The position numbers were made by a program, and so were the translations under genes. Below the pieces are notes generated by a model. The model saw only the letters and a list, made by a program, of their open reading frames with translations, made no database searches and was not told the DNA's origin. DNA of 64,000 bases from NCBI GenBank assembly GCA_018662325.1, contig JABJGM010000014.1, forward strand, positions 8,237-72,236, in the 5' to 3' direction. Source of the stretch: a bacterium. GTDB lineage: Bacteria > Patescibacteriota > Gracilibacteria > UBA1369 > GCA-2718715. Shown here one piece after another: positions 9,445 through 19,054 of the stretch (its first letter is position 1; every line of letters starts with the position of its first letter).

Positions 9445-10854
9445 ATGAATAAAAAAATAAAATTTTTAATTATCTCACAAAGTTTTCTAGTGATAGCAAT
9501 ACTATCAATTTATTTTACTTTAAACTTTAAATCTTCAAATGCAATCCAAGCTAATTCACTTAGAACAGAAACAAAGAAAGAGATAGAAACAAAATCATTA
9601 TATTCAAATACAAACAACAGTCAGAATTCACAATCACTCCTTCTTTCAATACACAATTACATAAAAAACAATCAAACATCAAAGGCCTTACTACTTATTG
9701 ATGAGTTATATAAAGAAAATCCAAATAGCTCACTTTCTTATCTAGTTGCAAGCCATATATTTTTACTAAAAGATCAAAATCAGTTAGCATTTAATAATTT
9801 AGAAGAAGCTAGTAAATTTTCAGATTATAACAAATTAAATACGCACTTAGACATCCAGCTAAATTTAATAATCAACAATTTTAAGCACTTTGAAAACAAT
9901 TTAAATAGAATTAATATCAATGACCCAAATCAGACAATTCATTACTTAATTTATTTATCAAAAAAGAAAAACTTCAAAGAAATTGAAAATATATTCAAAA
10001 AAGATTTTTTACTAAAAAATTCTCTAAATTATGATTTAAAACAAGATTATGAATATTTTAAAACATTTCAAGACGGAAGCATAAATATGCTCTATAACCT
10101 CTGGGCAAAATCATTAATCAAAAATAAATACATCCACTATGCAAGAAGTCTATTGTTAGACGCTATAAAGAACGATGCTAGTTCGCATAATAGCTACTTA
10201 CTATTGAGTTACTGTTATATATTAAGTGAAAACTATGATGAAGCTTTAACAATTTTAAATAAATCAAAGAAAATTGACCCTTACAATCAAAATATAAATT
10301 TTTACCTAGCAATACTAAACTACCAAGAAAACAACTTTCAAGAGTCAATATCATACTTAAATAAAATAAAAGACAAAGACTTAAACAAGCAAAAAATCAA
10401 AATATTAGGACTTAATTATTATAACTTAAAAAATTATCAAAATGCCGAAAAATACTTAGAAGAATATAAGAACTATGACATGCAAGATCTAGAAGTAAGT
10501 GAGTATTTATTAAATATATATTTTAAGCATAACAAAAACCTAGAAAAGGCATATTTATTAATACAAAATCTAGAAAATCAAAAACTATCATCTGCCAATT
10601 ACTTTAACTTAATAGGTATAAGTTATTTAAATTTAAACAATTCGAATAAAGCTTCTTCAAACTTTCAAAAAGCTCTAACAATTGACCCCAACTTTTATCC
10701 GTCACTTTACAATCAAGCCGAAATTTATCTCAAAAAAAATAATACAAATAAAGCTAAATTAAATCTAGAAAGAGGGTTAGAAATTGCCAAAATACATAAC
10801 GATAAAAAATTCATAGAAAAGTTCCAAAACAAAATAATACTAATCAACAATTAA
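9445..10854 (+). CDS. TPR-repeat protein with N-terminal membrane anchor
   Basis: 469 aa. Hydrophobic N-terminus (FLIISQSFLVIAILSIYF) followed by multiple 34-aa A/Y/L-patterned repeats (e.g. YNLIGISYLNLNNSNKASSNFQKALTIDPNF). Confidence 0.7.
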   Translation: MNKKIKFLIISQSFLVIAILSIYFTLNFKSSNAIQANSLRTETKKEIETKSLYSNTNNSQNSQSLLLSIHNYIKNNQTSKALLLIDELYKENPNSSLSYLVASHIFLLKDQNQLAFNNLEEASKFSDYNKLNTHLDIQLNLIINNFKHFENNLNRININDPNQTIHYLIYLSKKKNFKEIENIFKKDFLLKNSLNYDLKQDYEYFKTFQDGSINMLYNLWAKSLIKNKYIHYARSLLLDAIKNDASSHNSYLLLSYCYILSENYDEALTILNKSKKIDPYNQNINFYLAILNYQENNFQESISYLNKIKDKDLNKQKIKILGLNYYNLKNYQNAEKYLEEYKNYDMQDLEVSEYLLNIYFKHNKNLEKAYLLIQNLENQKLSSANYFNLIGISYLNLNNSNKASSNFQKALTIDPNFYPSLYNQAEIYLKKNNTNKAKLNLERGLEIAKIHNDKKFIEKFQNKIILINN

Positions 10855-10950
10855 TTATAATTTTTATAATTAATAAGGCAATCTAAAATCAATAATTTAA
10901 ATCGAAGTTTATATATAATTTTGCTAATCTTAAGATAAGAAATAAAATCT

Positions 10951-11685
10951 ATGTTAAATTATCTTTATTTATTTTTTATAGGAACATTTATTGGAAGCTA
11001 TTTTAGTAGTTTAGTATTTGAGGATACAAAATTAGTAATAACTAAAAGAAGATCAAAATGCCAAAAATGTAAGAATAATCTTAAAAGCTGGATGCTAGTT
11101 CCTGTTTTTTCTTATTTAGCTCTTAGCGGTAGATGTCATTACTGTAAAGAAGACATTTCAATGGCATATCCACTATTAGAATTAATAACAGGTGCAAGTT
11201 TTGTTCTTTTATCTTTAAATTATACATACGATCTCAGTCAAATATTCATTCTGTCAACAATGGCACTATTTATAGCATCTAGCTTTTCCGATCAAAAAAA
11301 TTTAGAAATTTCTAACACATTAATTTACTCGACATTAACTTTTGGATTAATTTATATGTTTCTAAATTTTAATTCTGATTTAATATATGGATTTATAACT
11401 GGTGGATTATTTTTTGAGATACAAAGATATATTTCAAAGGGTAAATGGGTAGGGCAAGCAGATGCATACTTTGCAGCTACAATTGGATGCCTTATGGGCT
11501 TTGAATTAACTATATTAACAATATTTTTATCGTATTGGCTTGCTACAATATATGTAATTCCAAAACTACTTAGTAGATCAATCAACATGAAATCGAAATT
11601 ACCATTTATTCCATTTTTAACTTTAAGTTTTTTTCTGGTAAACTTTTTTTACGACATAATCGTAATTAATTTAAATTATTTTTAA
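10951..11685 (+). CDS. prepilin peptidase (A24 family)
   Basis: 244 aa, polytopic. N-terminal Cys pairs CQKC...CHYC, YPLLELITG, and a GQADAYF second Asp box. Confidence 0.8.
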   Translation: MLNYLYLFFIGTFIGSYFSSLVFEDTKLVITKRRSKCQKCKNNLKSWMLVPVFSYLALSGRCHYCKEDISMAYPLLELITGASFVLLSLNYTYDLSQIFILSTMALFIASSFSDQKNLEISNTLIYSTLTFGLIYMFLNFNSDLIYGFITGGLFFEIQRYISKGKWVGQADAYFAATIGCLMGFELTILTIFLSYWLATIYVIPKLLSRSINMKSKLPFIPFLTLSFFLVNFFYDIIVINLNYF

Positions 11686-12734
11686 TGAAATTTTTAATTT
11701 TAGCAGGAGGGCACGGAAAAAGACTTTGGCCACTAAGCGATTCTAAAACACCAAAACAATTTCAATCATTTATTGGAAATAAAACACTACTTCAACTTAC
11801 ATACGATAGATTAAGCAAGTTTGGAAGTCAGAATATTTTTATTTCAACAAACCAAAGATACAAAAGCTTAGTTTTAGAACAACTCCCAAAAATCAATGAA
11901 GATCAAGTGATTTGTGAGCCAGAAAAAAGAGATAACGGTCCAAGTGTTGCTGTATGTATGAGTTACCTAAAAAGTTTATTTGGGGAAGAAGAAACTGTAT
12001 CTATTTCACATGCTGATCATTTAGTTAAAAATGAACTTGAATTTCAAGAAAAACTTCAATTAGCTCATGAAACTTCAAAAAAACATAATAAATTTACTAT
12101 AGTTCAAGTTAAAGCAAAATCTGCAAATCCAAATCTAGGTTATGTAAAAATCAAAGATTTATTTGAAAAAGTAAATGATTCAGAAATTTATACTCTTGAA
12201 AAATTCATAGAAAAACCTGACCAAGAAACTGCTGAAAAATTTCTTGAATCCTACAAATACCTATGGAACACAGGATACTTTGTGTGGCCTATCAAAAAGT
12301 TTTTTGAAGAACTAAAAACTACTAACAAAGATGTGTTCGAATTATGTGAAAAAATTAACAACTTTCAAGATTTTTCAGATACTTATTCTAAAATGCCGGT
12401 TATATCAATTGACTACATGCTAATAGAAAAAGTAAATCCAACTGAAATTTTAATTATACCAAGTGATCTAGGGTGGAGTGACATTGGAACTTGGCAAACA
12501 TTATTTGAAGAATCTCCCAAAGATAAAAATTCAAACTTAATCGAAGGACAAGTTTTATCAAAAAACAACCAAGATACTTTGATAATCAACAAAGAAAATG
12601 GCAAACAAGTTGTAGCGTTTAACTTAAATGATTTAACAATTGTAAATACTAAAGATAAAATATTAATTTGCCCAACAAAGGATGCAAAAGACTTAAAAAA
12701 CTACATAAAAGACTTAGACAATAATTTACTATAA
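11685..12734 (+). CDS. mannose-1-phosphate guanylyltransferase-type nucleotidyltransferase
   Basis: 349 aa. LAGGHGKRLWPLS nucleotide-binding loop. TAATG 1-nt overlaps at both ends. Confidence 0.8.
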   Translation: MKFLILAGGHGKRLWPLSDSKTPKQFQSFIGNKTLLQLTYDRLSKFGSQNIFISTNQRYKSLVLEQLPKINEDQVICEPEKRDNGPSVAVCMSYLKSLFGEEETVSISHADHLVKNELEFQEKLQLAHETSKKHNKFTIVQVKAKSANPNLGYVKIKDLFEKVNDSEIYTLEKFIEKPDQETAEKFLESYKYLWNTGYFVWPIKKFFEELKTTNKDVFELCEKINNFQDFSDTYSKMPVISIDYMLIEKVNPTEILIIPSDLGWSDIGTWQTLFEESPKDKNSNLIEGQVLSKNNQDTLIINKENGKQVVAFNLNDLTIVNTKDKILICPTKDAKDLKNYIKDLDNNLL

Positions 12735-14245
12735 TGAAATCCGACAAAGCTCTATTAATTATCATTGATGGTTACGGAATTGCAAAAGATGCTGATGATA
12801 ATGCTGTAACAAGATCTAATTCGCCGCATTTAAAAAACCTACTAAAGAATAATCCGACAACTATTGAAGCATCTGGTAAAGCAGTGGGCTTACCCGAAAA
12901 CACAGTAGGTAACTCTGAAGTTGGACACTTTACAATTGGTTGTGGACAAATACTAGATCAAGCTTTAGTTAGAATAAATAAATCCATAGAAACAAAAAAA
13001 TTTTTTGAAATAAACTTATTAAAAGATCAGATTAATAAAACTAAAAATGCAGAATCTAATATTCACATTACCTGCCTTTTAAGCGACACCGGAATTCATG
13101 GACAAATAAAACATTTAAAAGCAGTTTGCGAACTTTTAAAACAAGAAAAAATTAAAAACTTTTACTTCCATGGAGTATTAGATGGAAGAGATGTTCCTCA
13201 AAAGTCGGCTGAAAAATATATAAATCAAACAATAAATTTATTTAAAGAAGAAAAGATTGGAACCCTTGCTAGTCTTTGCGGTAGATTCTATGCAATGGAT
13301 AGAGATAATAACTATGAAAGAACAAAAGTATTCTATGATCTCGTAACAAACTCAGAAGAGATAAAGAAAACAGATGAGGCAAAACTCTTAACTGAAATTT
13401 ATAAAGAAGCCGAAAACGACTATTATGCAAAAGCTTATAAAATCTCGGATTTCCCTTCTCTAAAAGATTCTGATTTATTTATAAATATGAACTACAGAAC
13501 AGACAGACAAGAACAAATAACTCAAGCTCTAGAAAATCTAAACTTTTCTGAATTTAAAGCAGATATAAAACCAAACTTAATTACATTTGGTGATTATGGA
13601 TCAAAAAAATTCAACATTTTTCCAACACCAGAAATCAAAGAAAACTTATCTTCAGTTTTAAATAATGCAAACTACAAACAGGCTAGAATTGCAGAAACAG
13701 AAAAATTCGCACACGTAACTTTCTTTTTTAATTCACAAAACAAACAAAAATCACAGCTAGAAGAACATTTTCTAATTCCTTCCAGTAAAGTTGCAAACTA
13801 CAAAGACGATCCAACAATGCAAGCTTCTAAAATAACTGAAAAAGCAATAGAAGTTTTAAAAAGTGACTATAAGCTAATAGTTATTAACTATGCAAATCCT
13901 GACTTAGTCGGACACTCTGGGAATTTTGAAGCAACTAAAATTGGAATAGAATGTATTGATAAAAATTTAAAAAAATTAATTCCAAAAGCCTTAAATGAAA
14001 ATTACACAATCATTATAATTGCAGACCATGGAAATGCAGAAGATATGAAACACGAAGATGGATCACAAAACCCTAGTCATACTACAAACCAAGTCCCCTT
14101 TATTGTAGTATCTAACAAAAATTATCAAACAAAAAAAGTTAAAGATGCAGGTTTAAAAGATATAGCTCCTACAATCTTAGATATTTTAGATTTAAAAATA
14201 CCAAATTCTTTTCATGGTTCATCATTAATTGAGGAACTCAATTAA
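12734..14245 (+). CDS. gpmI: 2,3-bisphosphoglycerate-independent phosphoglycerate mutase
   Basis: 503 aa. IIDGYG, GNSEVGH (phosphoserine site), NPDLVGH and ADHGNAE motifs. Confidence 0.9.
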   Translation: MKSDKALLIIIDGYGIAKDADDNAVTRSNSPHLKNLLKNNPTTIEASGKAVGLPENTVGNSEVGHFTIGCGQILDQALVRINKSIETKKFFEINLLKDQINKTKNAESNIHITCLLSDTGIHGQIKHLKAVCELLKQEKIKNFYFHGVLDGRDVPQKSAEKYINQTINLFKEEKIGTLASLCGRFYAMDRDNNYERTKVFYDLVTNSEEIKKTDEAKLLTEIYKEAENDYYAKAYKISDFPSLKDSDLFINMNYRTDRQEQITQALENLNFSEFKADIKPNLITFGDYGSKKFNIFPTPEIKENLSSVLNNANYKQARIAETEKFAHVTFFFNSQNKQKSQLEEHFLIPSSKVANYKDDPTMQASKITEKAIEVLKSDYKLIVINYANPDLVGHSGNFEATKIGIECIDKNLKKLIPKALNENYTIIIIADHGNAEDMKHEDGSQNPSHTTNQVPFIVVSNKNYQTKKVKDAGLKDIAPTILDILDLKIPNSFHGSSLIEELN

Positions 14246-14295
14246 CCAACTTATATAATTAGGGATATTAACAAGTTTTATGCAAGCCAAGAAAG

Positions 14296-14324
14296 TTGTA
14301 TTTAGGGCTTAATTAACATAAAAT
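14296..14324 (+). promoter_or_regulatory. secDF promoter
   Basis: TTGTAT-N17-TAAAAT. ATG at 14348. Confidence 0.55.
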
Positions 14325-14347
14325 ATGTTAAAATTAAACCCAATTTT

Positions 14348-17300
14348 ATGGATTTTAAAAAGAGGCTTAAACCTTCTTTAATTACATTAGCAGCGGCTTT
14401 TGTATTACTTGTTCTAAGCCCAGCAAGTTTTAAACCAAGCTTTTTACCTGACTTTATTAAAGATAGTCAGTTTTCACTTGGTCTTGATTTACAAGGTGGA
14501 TCACAATTAGATTACCAATTAGATCTAAGAAAAGTAGAAGAAAGCGACAAGGAAAATGTTATTGATGGAATAACAAATATTATTAACAAAAGAGTGAATA
14601 AACTTGGTGTTTCAGAGCCAAATATTTATACTTCGAAAGTTGCAGATGAGCAACATGTAATCGTAGAACTTGCCGGAGTAAATGATCTAGAAGAAGCCAA
14701 GCAAAGAGTTGGTAAGACTATTCAGCTAGAATTCAAAGAAAGCAATAACGATATATCTGATAATCAAGTAAAAGAAATAGAAGTAAACGCAAAAAATATT
14801 TACGCTGAGGCTTTTGCAAATCCAGAAAATTTTGCTTTGATTTCACAAAGAGAGCAACAAGCAAATCCACAGAAAGTATTTTTTCAAGAAATAGACTATA
14901 CATTCGAATCAGAACTTACAAATCCAGAGCTGTTATCAACATTAAAAAGCATGGAAGTAAATTCAATATATAAAGATATATTAAATAATGACTTTGGTCT
15001 TACATTTATAAATGGAAGAATTGAACCTCTACAAGGATACGCGACTTTAAAATTAATAGACAAAAAACTTACAGATAAAACCATAACAGAGGAAAGAAGT
15101 ATTAAAGCTAAAAAGATTTTAATTACACATAAAGAATCTGAAAACTTTGCAAATGATGAACTCTCAAAACAAGATGCAAGAAATCTAGCTAATGAGATAG
15201 CAAAAAACCTAAAAGATGGATCAACAAGTTTCAGTGATGCAGTTAAAGAGTATTCTAAAGATATAACAACAAACAAAGTTGCTGGAGAACTAAAAAATTC
15301 AATTTCCAGTAACTCACCATATCCACAAGAATTAATTGATCTTGCTCAAACTGTTAACGAATCAGGAAGCATAGAAATTCTTGAAACATCTAATGGAGTT
15401 GAAATTTATGAGTTTGGAGAAATAACAGAAAAGTCAGAAAAAGTAGTACCAGAAAATCAATATAAATATGAATTATTAGTTTTTTCTACTACTCCGAATC
15501 CGTGGAAAGAAACCAAATTAAACGGACAGTATTTCAAAAGAGCTGCGACGGCTTTTGATCAATACGGAAAACCATTCGTACAAATTGAATTCACACCAGA
15601 AGGTGGTGAGTTATTTGCAGAAATAACTGAAAGAAATATACAAAAACAAGTAGCAATTTTTGTTGGAGGAGAAGAAATTTCAGCTCCAGTAGTACAACAA
15701 AAAATCGTTGGTGGAACAGCTCAAATTACAAATCCAAATTTCACTCAAAAATCAGCACAAGAGTTAACAACTAACTTAAATACAGGTGCGATTCCAGCTC
15801 CAATTAATTTAGTTGGACAATACACAATTGGTCCAAACTTAGGGAAACTAGCATTAGATACATCATTACAAGCAGCACTTGTTGGTCTTGTTATTCTAAT
15901 TGGATATATGATGTTTTTATATTCAAAAGCTGGATTCAAAGCTAATATTGCTCTTTTATCATATGCCGGATTATTATTATTTCTAATTAAAGTAAACTTA
16001 CATACATTAGTAGCTTTAATAATTGCATTTATAATCTACGGAGTTTTATTTAAAAAAGTCTTGGATTCAAAAGAAAAATTCTTTGAAAAATTCTTTTCAA
16101 TCTTAGTAGCAACATTTAGTTTGTTTTTCTTAACATACTTATTATCAGTATCCGTAACTTTAACTCTAGCTGGAATAGCAGGTATTGTTCTTTCTATTGG
16201 TATGGCAGTAGATGCTAACGTGCTTATTTTCGAAAGAATTAAAGAAGAAATGCAAAACGAAAAAAATAATCTTAAAGCAATAGAAAAAGGGTTTCAAAGA
16301 GCTTGGTCATCTATTAGAGACTCAAACTTTTCATCTTTAATTACCTGCGGAATCCTTTACTACTTCGGAACATCTATAATCAAAGGATTTGCGTTAACAC
16401 TATCAGCTGGGATTTTAATTTCTATGTTTTCAGCAGTAGTAATCACTAAAAAATTAATTACATATAAAGCAACTAAAACAACAAACGATTTTGGAAGTAA
16501 AAAAATTAAAAAATTCAATTTTAATTTCATTCAGAATTTCAATAAAACAAGTATCTTATCTGGAATACTAATTCTAGTAGCATTAGTAAGTTTTGCCACA
16601 AACGGACTAAAATTAGGTATAGATTTTAAAGGTGGTACTTTAATAGAAATACAAACACAGGAAGTAGTTAAAGAAGATGTAATCAAAGCATATGTAAATA
16701 AATTTTCGGAAGATCAAGATCTATTAAAAGGATCTGTTAACACTTCAGGAGAGAAATCTTATCAAATTAAATTAGATTATATTGACGAAATCACACATCA
16801 AAAATTCAAAAACGAACTAAGTCAAGAAATCAATCAAGAGATAACTGAAACTAGATTTGAGAATGTAGGGGCTAGTGTTTCAAAAACATTAGCAAATAAA
16901 GCACTTATATCATTAACAATTGCACTACTAGCAATCATTCTTTATATAGCAATTTCATTTAGAGAAATACCACAAGAATATAATCCGTTTAAATTCGGAC
17001 TAGCAGCAATAGTTGCCTTAGTTCACGATGTAGTTATTACACTTGGAATATTCTCTTTATTTGGAATAGAAATTGATATTCTTTTCATTACTGCATTATT
17101 AACAATCTTAGGATTCTCTGTGCATGATACAATTGTAGTATTTGATAGAATCAGAGAAAATCTATTGAAAATTAAAAAATCAGAAACATTAGAAGACGTT
17201 TCAAATGCAGCCCTAAATGAAACATTAACAAGATCAATAAACACTTCAATCTCAACATTAATTACCCTATTATCTCTATTTATCCTGGGAGCAGCGTCAA

Positions 17301-17401
17301 TTAAATACTTCATATTAGCATTAATAATAGGTATTTTAGTTGGTACATACTCCTCTATTTTTATCGCAGCGCCAACTATGATAAAAATAAATAAAAAATA
17401 A
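14348..17401 (+). CDS. secDF: fused protein-export membrane protein SecDF with parvulin-like insertion
   Basis: 1017 aa. SecD periplasmic head motifs (LGLDLQGG, GVSEPNI), two 6-TM bundles (GMAVDANVLIFERI; HDTIVVFDRIRE). There are about 250 extra residues in the P1 head, including a rotamase-like segment at 15092-15424. Confidence 0.9.
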   Translation: MDFKKRLKPSLITLAAAFVLLVLSPASFKPSFLPDFIKDSQFSLGLDLQGGSQLDYQLDLRKVEESDKENVIDGITNIINKRVNKLGVSEPNIYTSKVADEQHVIVELAGVNDLEEAKQRVGKTIQLEFKESNNDISDNQVKEIEVNAKNIYAEAFANPENFALISQREQQANPQKVFFQEIDYTFESELTNPELLSTLKSMEVNSIYKDILNNDFGLTFINGRIEPLQGYATLKLIDKKLTDKTITEERSIKAKKILITHKESENFANDELSKQDARNLANEIAKNLKDGSTSFSDAVKEYSKDITTNKVAGELKNSISSNSPYPQELIDLAQTVNESGSIEILETSNGVEIYEFGEITEKSEKVVPENQYKYELLVFSTTPNPWKETKLNGQYFKRAATAFDQYGKPFVQIEFTPEGGELFAEITERNIQKQVAIFVGGEEISAPVVQQKIVGGTAQITNPNFTQKSAQELTTNLNTGAIPAPINLVGQYTIGPNLGKLALDTSLQAALVGLVILIGYMMFLYSKAGFKANIALLSYAGLLLFLIKVNLHTLVALIIAFIIYGVLFKKVLDSKEKFFEKFFSILVATFSLFFLTYLLSVSVTLTLAGIAGIVLSIGMAVDANVLIFERIKEEMQNEKNNLKAIEKGFQRAWSSIRDSNFSSLITCGILYYFGTSIIKGFALTLSAGILISMFSAVVITKKLITYKATKTTNDFGSKKIKKFNFNFIQNFNKTSILSGILILVALVSFATNGLKLGIDFKGGTLIEIQTQEVVKEDVIKAYVNKFSEDQDLLKGSVNTSGEKSYQIKLDYIDEITHQKFKNELSQEINQEITETRFENVGASVSKTLANKALISLTIALLAIILYIAISFREIPQEYNPFKFGLAAIVALVHDVVITLGIFSLFGIEIDILFITALLTILGFSVHDTIVVFDRIRENLLKIKKSETLEDVSNAALNETLTRSINTSISTLITLLSLFILGAASIKYFILALIIGILVGTYSSIFIAAPTMIKINKK

Positions 17402-17423
17402 TCTATTAATGACAGACCTAATA

Positions 17424-17447
17424 AAAAGCCCTAACATAGGGCTTTTT
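17424..17447 (+). terminator. rho-independent terminator after secDF
   Basis: AAAAGCCCTA-aca-TAGGGCTTTTT. Confidence 0.75.
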
Positions 17448-17458
17448 ATGTAATCTAG

Positions 17459-17487
17459 TTGACAAAAAAAGAAAAAAGATGTAAGTT
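17459..17487 (+). promoter_or_regulatory. promoter of the frameshifted pentapeptide paralog
   Basis: TTGACA-N17-TAAGTT, with the ATG at 17510. Same layout as the paralog promoter at 19006. Confidence 0.6.
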
Positions 17488-17509
17488 GGCACAAAAACAA
17501 CCATTAATT

Positions 17510-18891
17510 ATGTCAAACTTAATTTTAGAAGCAAAGCAAAAGGCTCTAAGAGCAGCTGAATTACAAAATCGATTAGAAGAAGTAGAATTAGAACAAAAAA
17601 AAGCAGTGAATGAAGCTGAAACAATAATTAAAGAGCAAGTAAACAATGCTATTAATGATCAAAAGTCAAGCATTGAAGGATTCAAAGAGATAATTACAAA
17701 ACTTCCACATGGAATTTTAAATATACTTATATCAAATCCAAATGATAAATCAAAAATTGATTCACTAACAATCAATGACTTATTTATTTTAACAAATCTA
17801 GACAACCTGAAACAATCAAATTACACGAGTAATTTAATTGATTCTTTAAATACTAAAATTAGTCCCCTAAGTATAGTTACTAATGAAACTGGAGAACTGA
17901 ATTTAATCGAAAAAAATCTATCTTCAATCGTGGAAAAAACACATATAATACCGAAAATAATAGTTCTGCAGAAACAGATGAAAACCAAGTATCTGAAAGA
18001 GAAAGTAATATAGAAACATCAAATGATGCAAATAACGCAGAAACCCACTCAAATATTGAAAACCAAATAATAGATTTTAATAATAAAGAAACCTATATAG
18101 ATATTAAAAAAGAACCAGTAAACCTTCCTAGAGGATTCAAGGTAGTAAAAAGAAGAACTTACTATTTTGAAAGACGAAGGGGTCTACGAAGAGTTATATT
18201 TCTATACACAGTAGTAGGTCCAAAATTAGATTTAAGTGGAGCTAATTTAGAAAGAGCTAATTTGTATAGTGCTAATTTACAAGGAGCTAATTTACAAGAA
18301 GCTAATTTACAAGGAGCTAATTTACAATATGCTGATTTAGAAGGAGCTAATTTACAAGGAGCTAATTTACAAGAAGCTAATTTAACTGATGCATACGCTA
18401 GTAGCGCTAATTTTACTGATGCCAAATTAAATGGAGCAGATTTTAAAAGAACTAATTTAATTGATGCAACTCTTAATGAAATATCAAATGTTAAGAATTT
18501 AACATTAGAAGAAATTCCATTAATATTTACAATTGATGGAATAGAATATACACAATATATAAAAGAAAAAGAATTAATTAAATTATTATTAGGAACAAGT
18601 TATTTTAGCAATGCATATATAGGAAGAACTTTATTATACAACATAAATAATCCATTAACTTCAACTCAAATTGCAACTCTAGCTGGATTAAAAAAATCAC
18701 AAAATAGTTACCCAAGCACATTTGTTAAAGGAAAATTCAGTGAGTTATTAAAAGAAGAATATGCAGAATTAATAATTACACCGAAAACAAAAGGAAACTT
18801 TAAAAAAATTTACTTAACTCTAAAAGAAGAATTCTATAGAAGGTTAATATCCGAAGCAACAACAAATGAAAATCTTATTGCTGAAAGCTAA
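17510..18891 (+). pseudogene. frameshifted paralog of the 19055-21097 coiled-coil/pentapeptide-repeat protein
   Basis: The ATG at 17510 (MSNLILEAKQKALRAAELQ..) parallels MSNKLQEAQARAQQ.. of the downstream gene. The reading frame changes between 17887 and 18013, with A-runs at 17910-17916 and 17934-17939. Homology to the paralog continues in the other frame (ESNIETSNDA..IDFNNKETYIDI..) and joins ORF 18262-18891. Confidence 0.6.
18238..18477 (+). repeat. 15-nt periodic pentapeptide-coding tract (16 pentads) in the frameshifted paralog
   Basis: GGAGCTAATTTACAA-type units. 18271-18372 is 100% identical to 19928-20029. Confidence 0.9.
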
Positions 18892-19005
18892 AAATAAATT
18901 AATACAGCAAGCAACATTGAATCAAATGAAATAATAGAAACTGAAGAATAACAAAAAAATTTTTTTTAAACAGTCATAAAATGGATGTTTTTTCTACTTT
19001 AAAAT

Positions 19006-19034
19006 TTGACAAAAAGAGAAAAACACCTTAACTT
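19006..19034 (+). promoter_or_regulatory. promoter of the 680-aa pentapeptide protein
   Basis: TTGACA-N17-TAACTT. ATG at 19055. Confidence 0.6.
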
Positions 19035-19054
19035 ATATTAAATAAAATAAAAAT

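Noticed and set aside
14896-15276. Antisense or nested ORFs of 60-126 aa inside secDF, priA, glmS, relA, groEL and other genes (for example 14896-15276, 22570-22902, 17023-17313, 50907-51155, 61122-61358).
   Set aside because: They are fully contained in strongly supported genes on the opposite strand or in another frame. They have biased low-complexity composition and no promoter-like boxes at the spacing typical of this genome.
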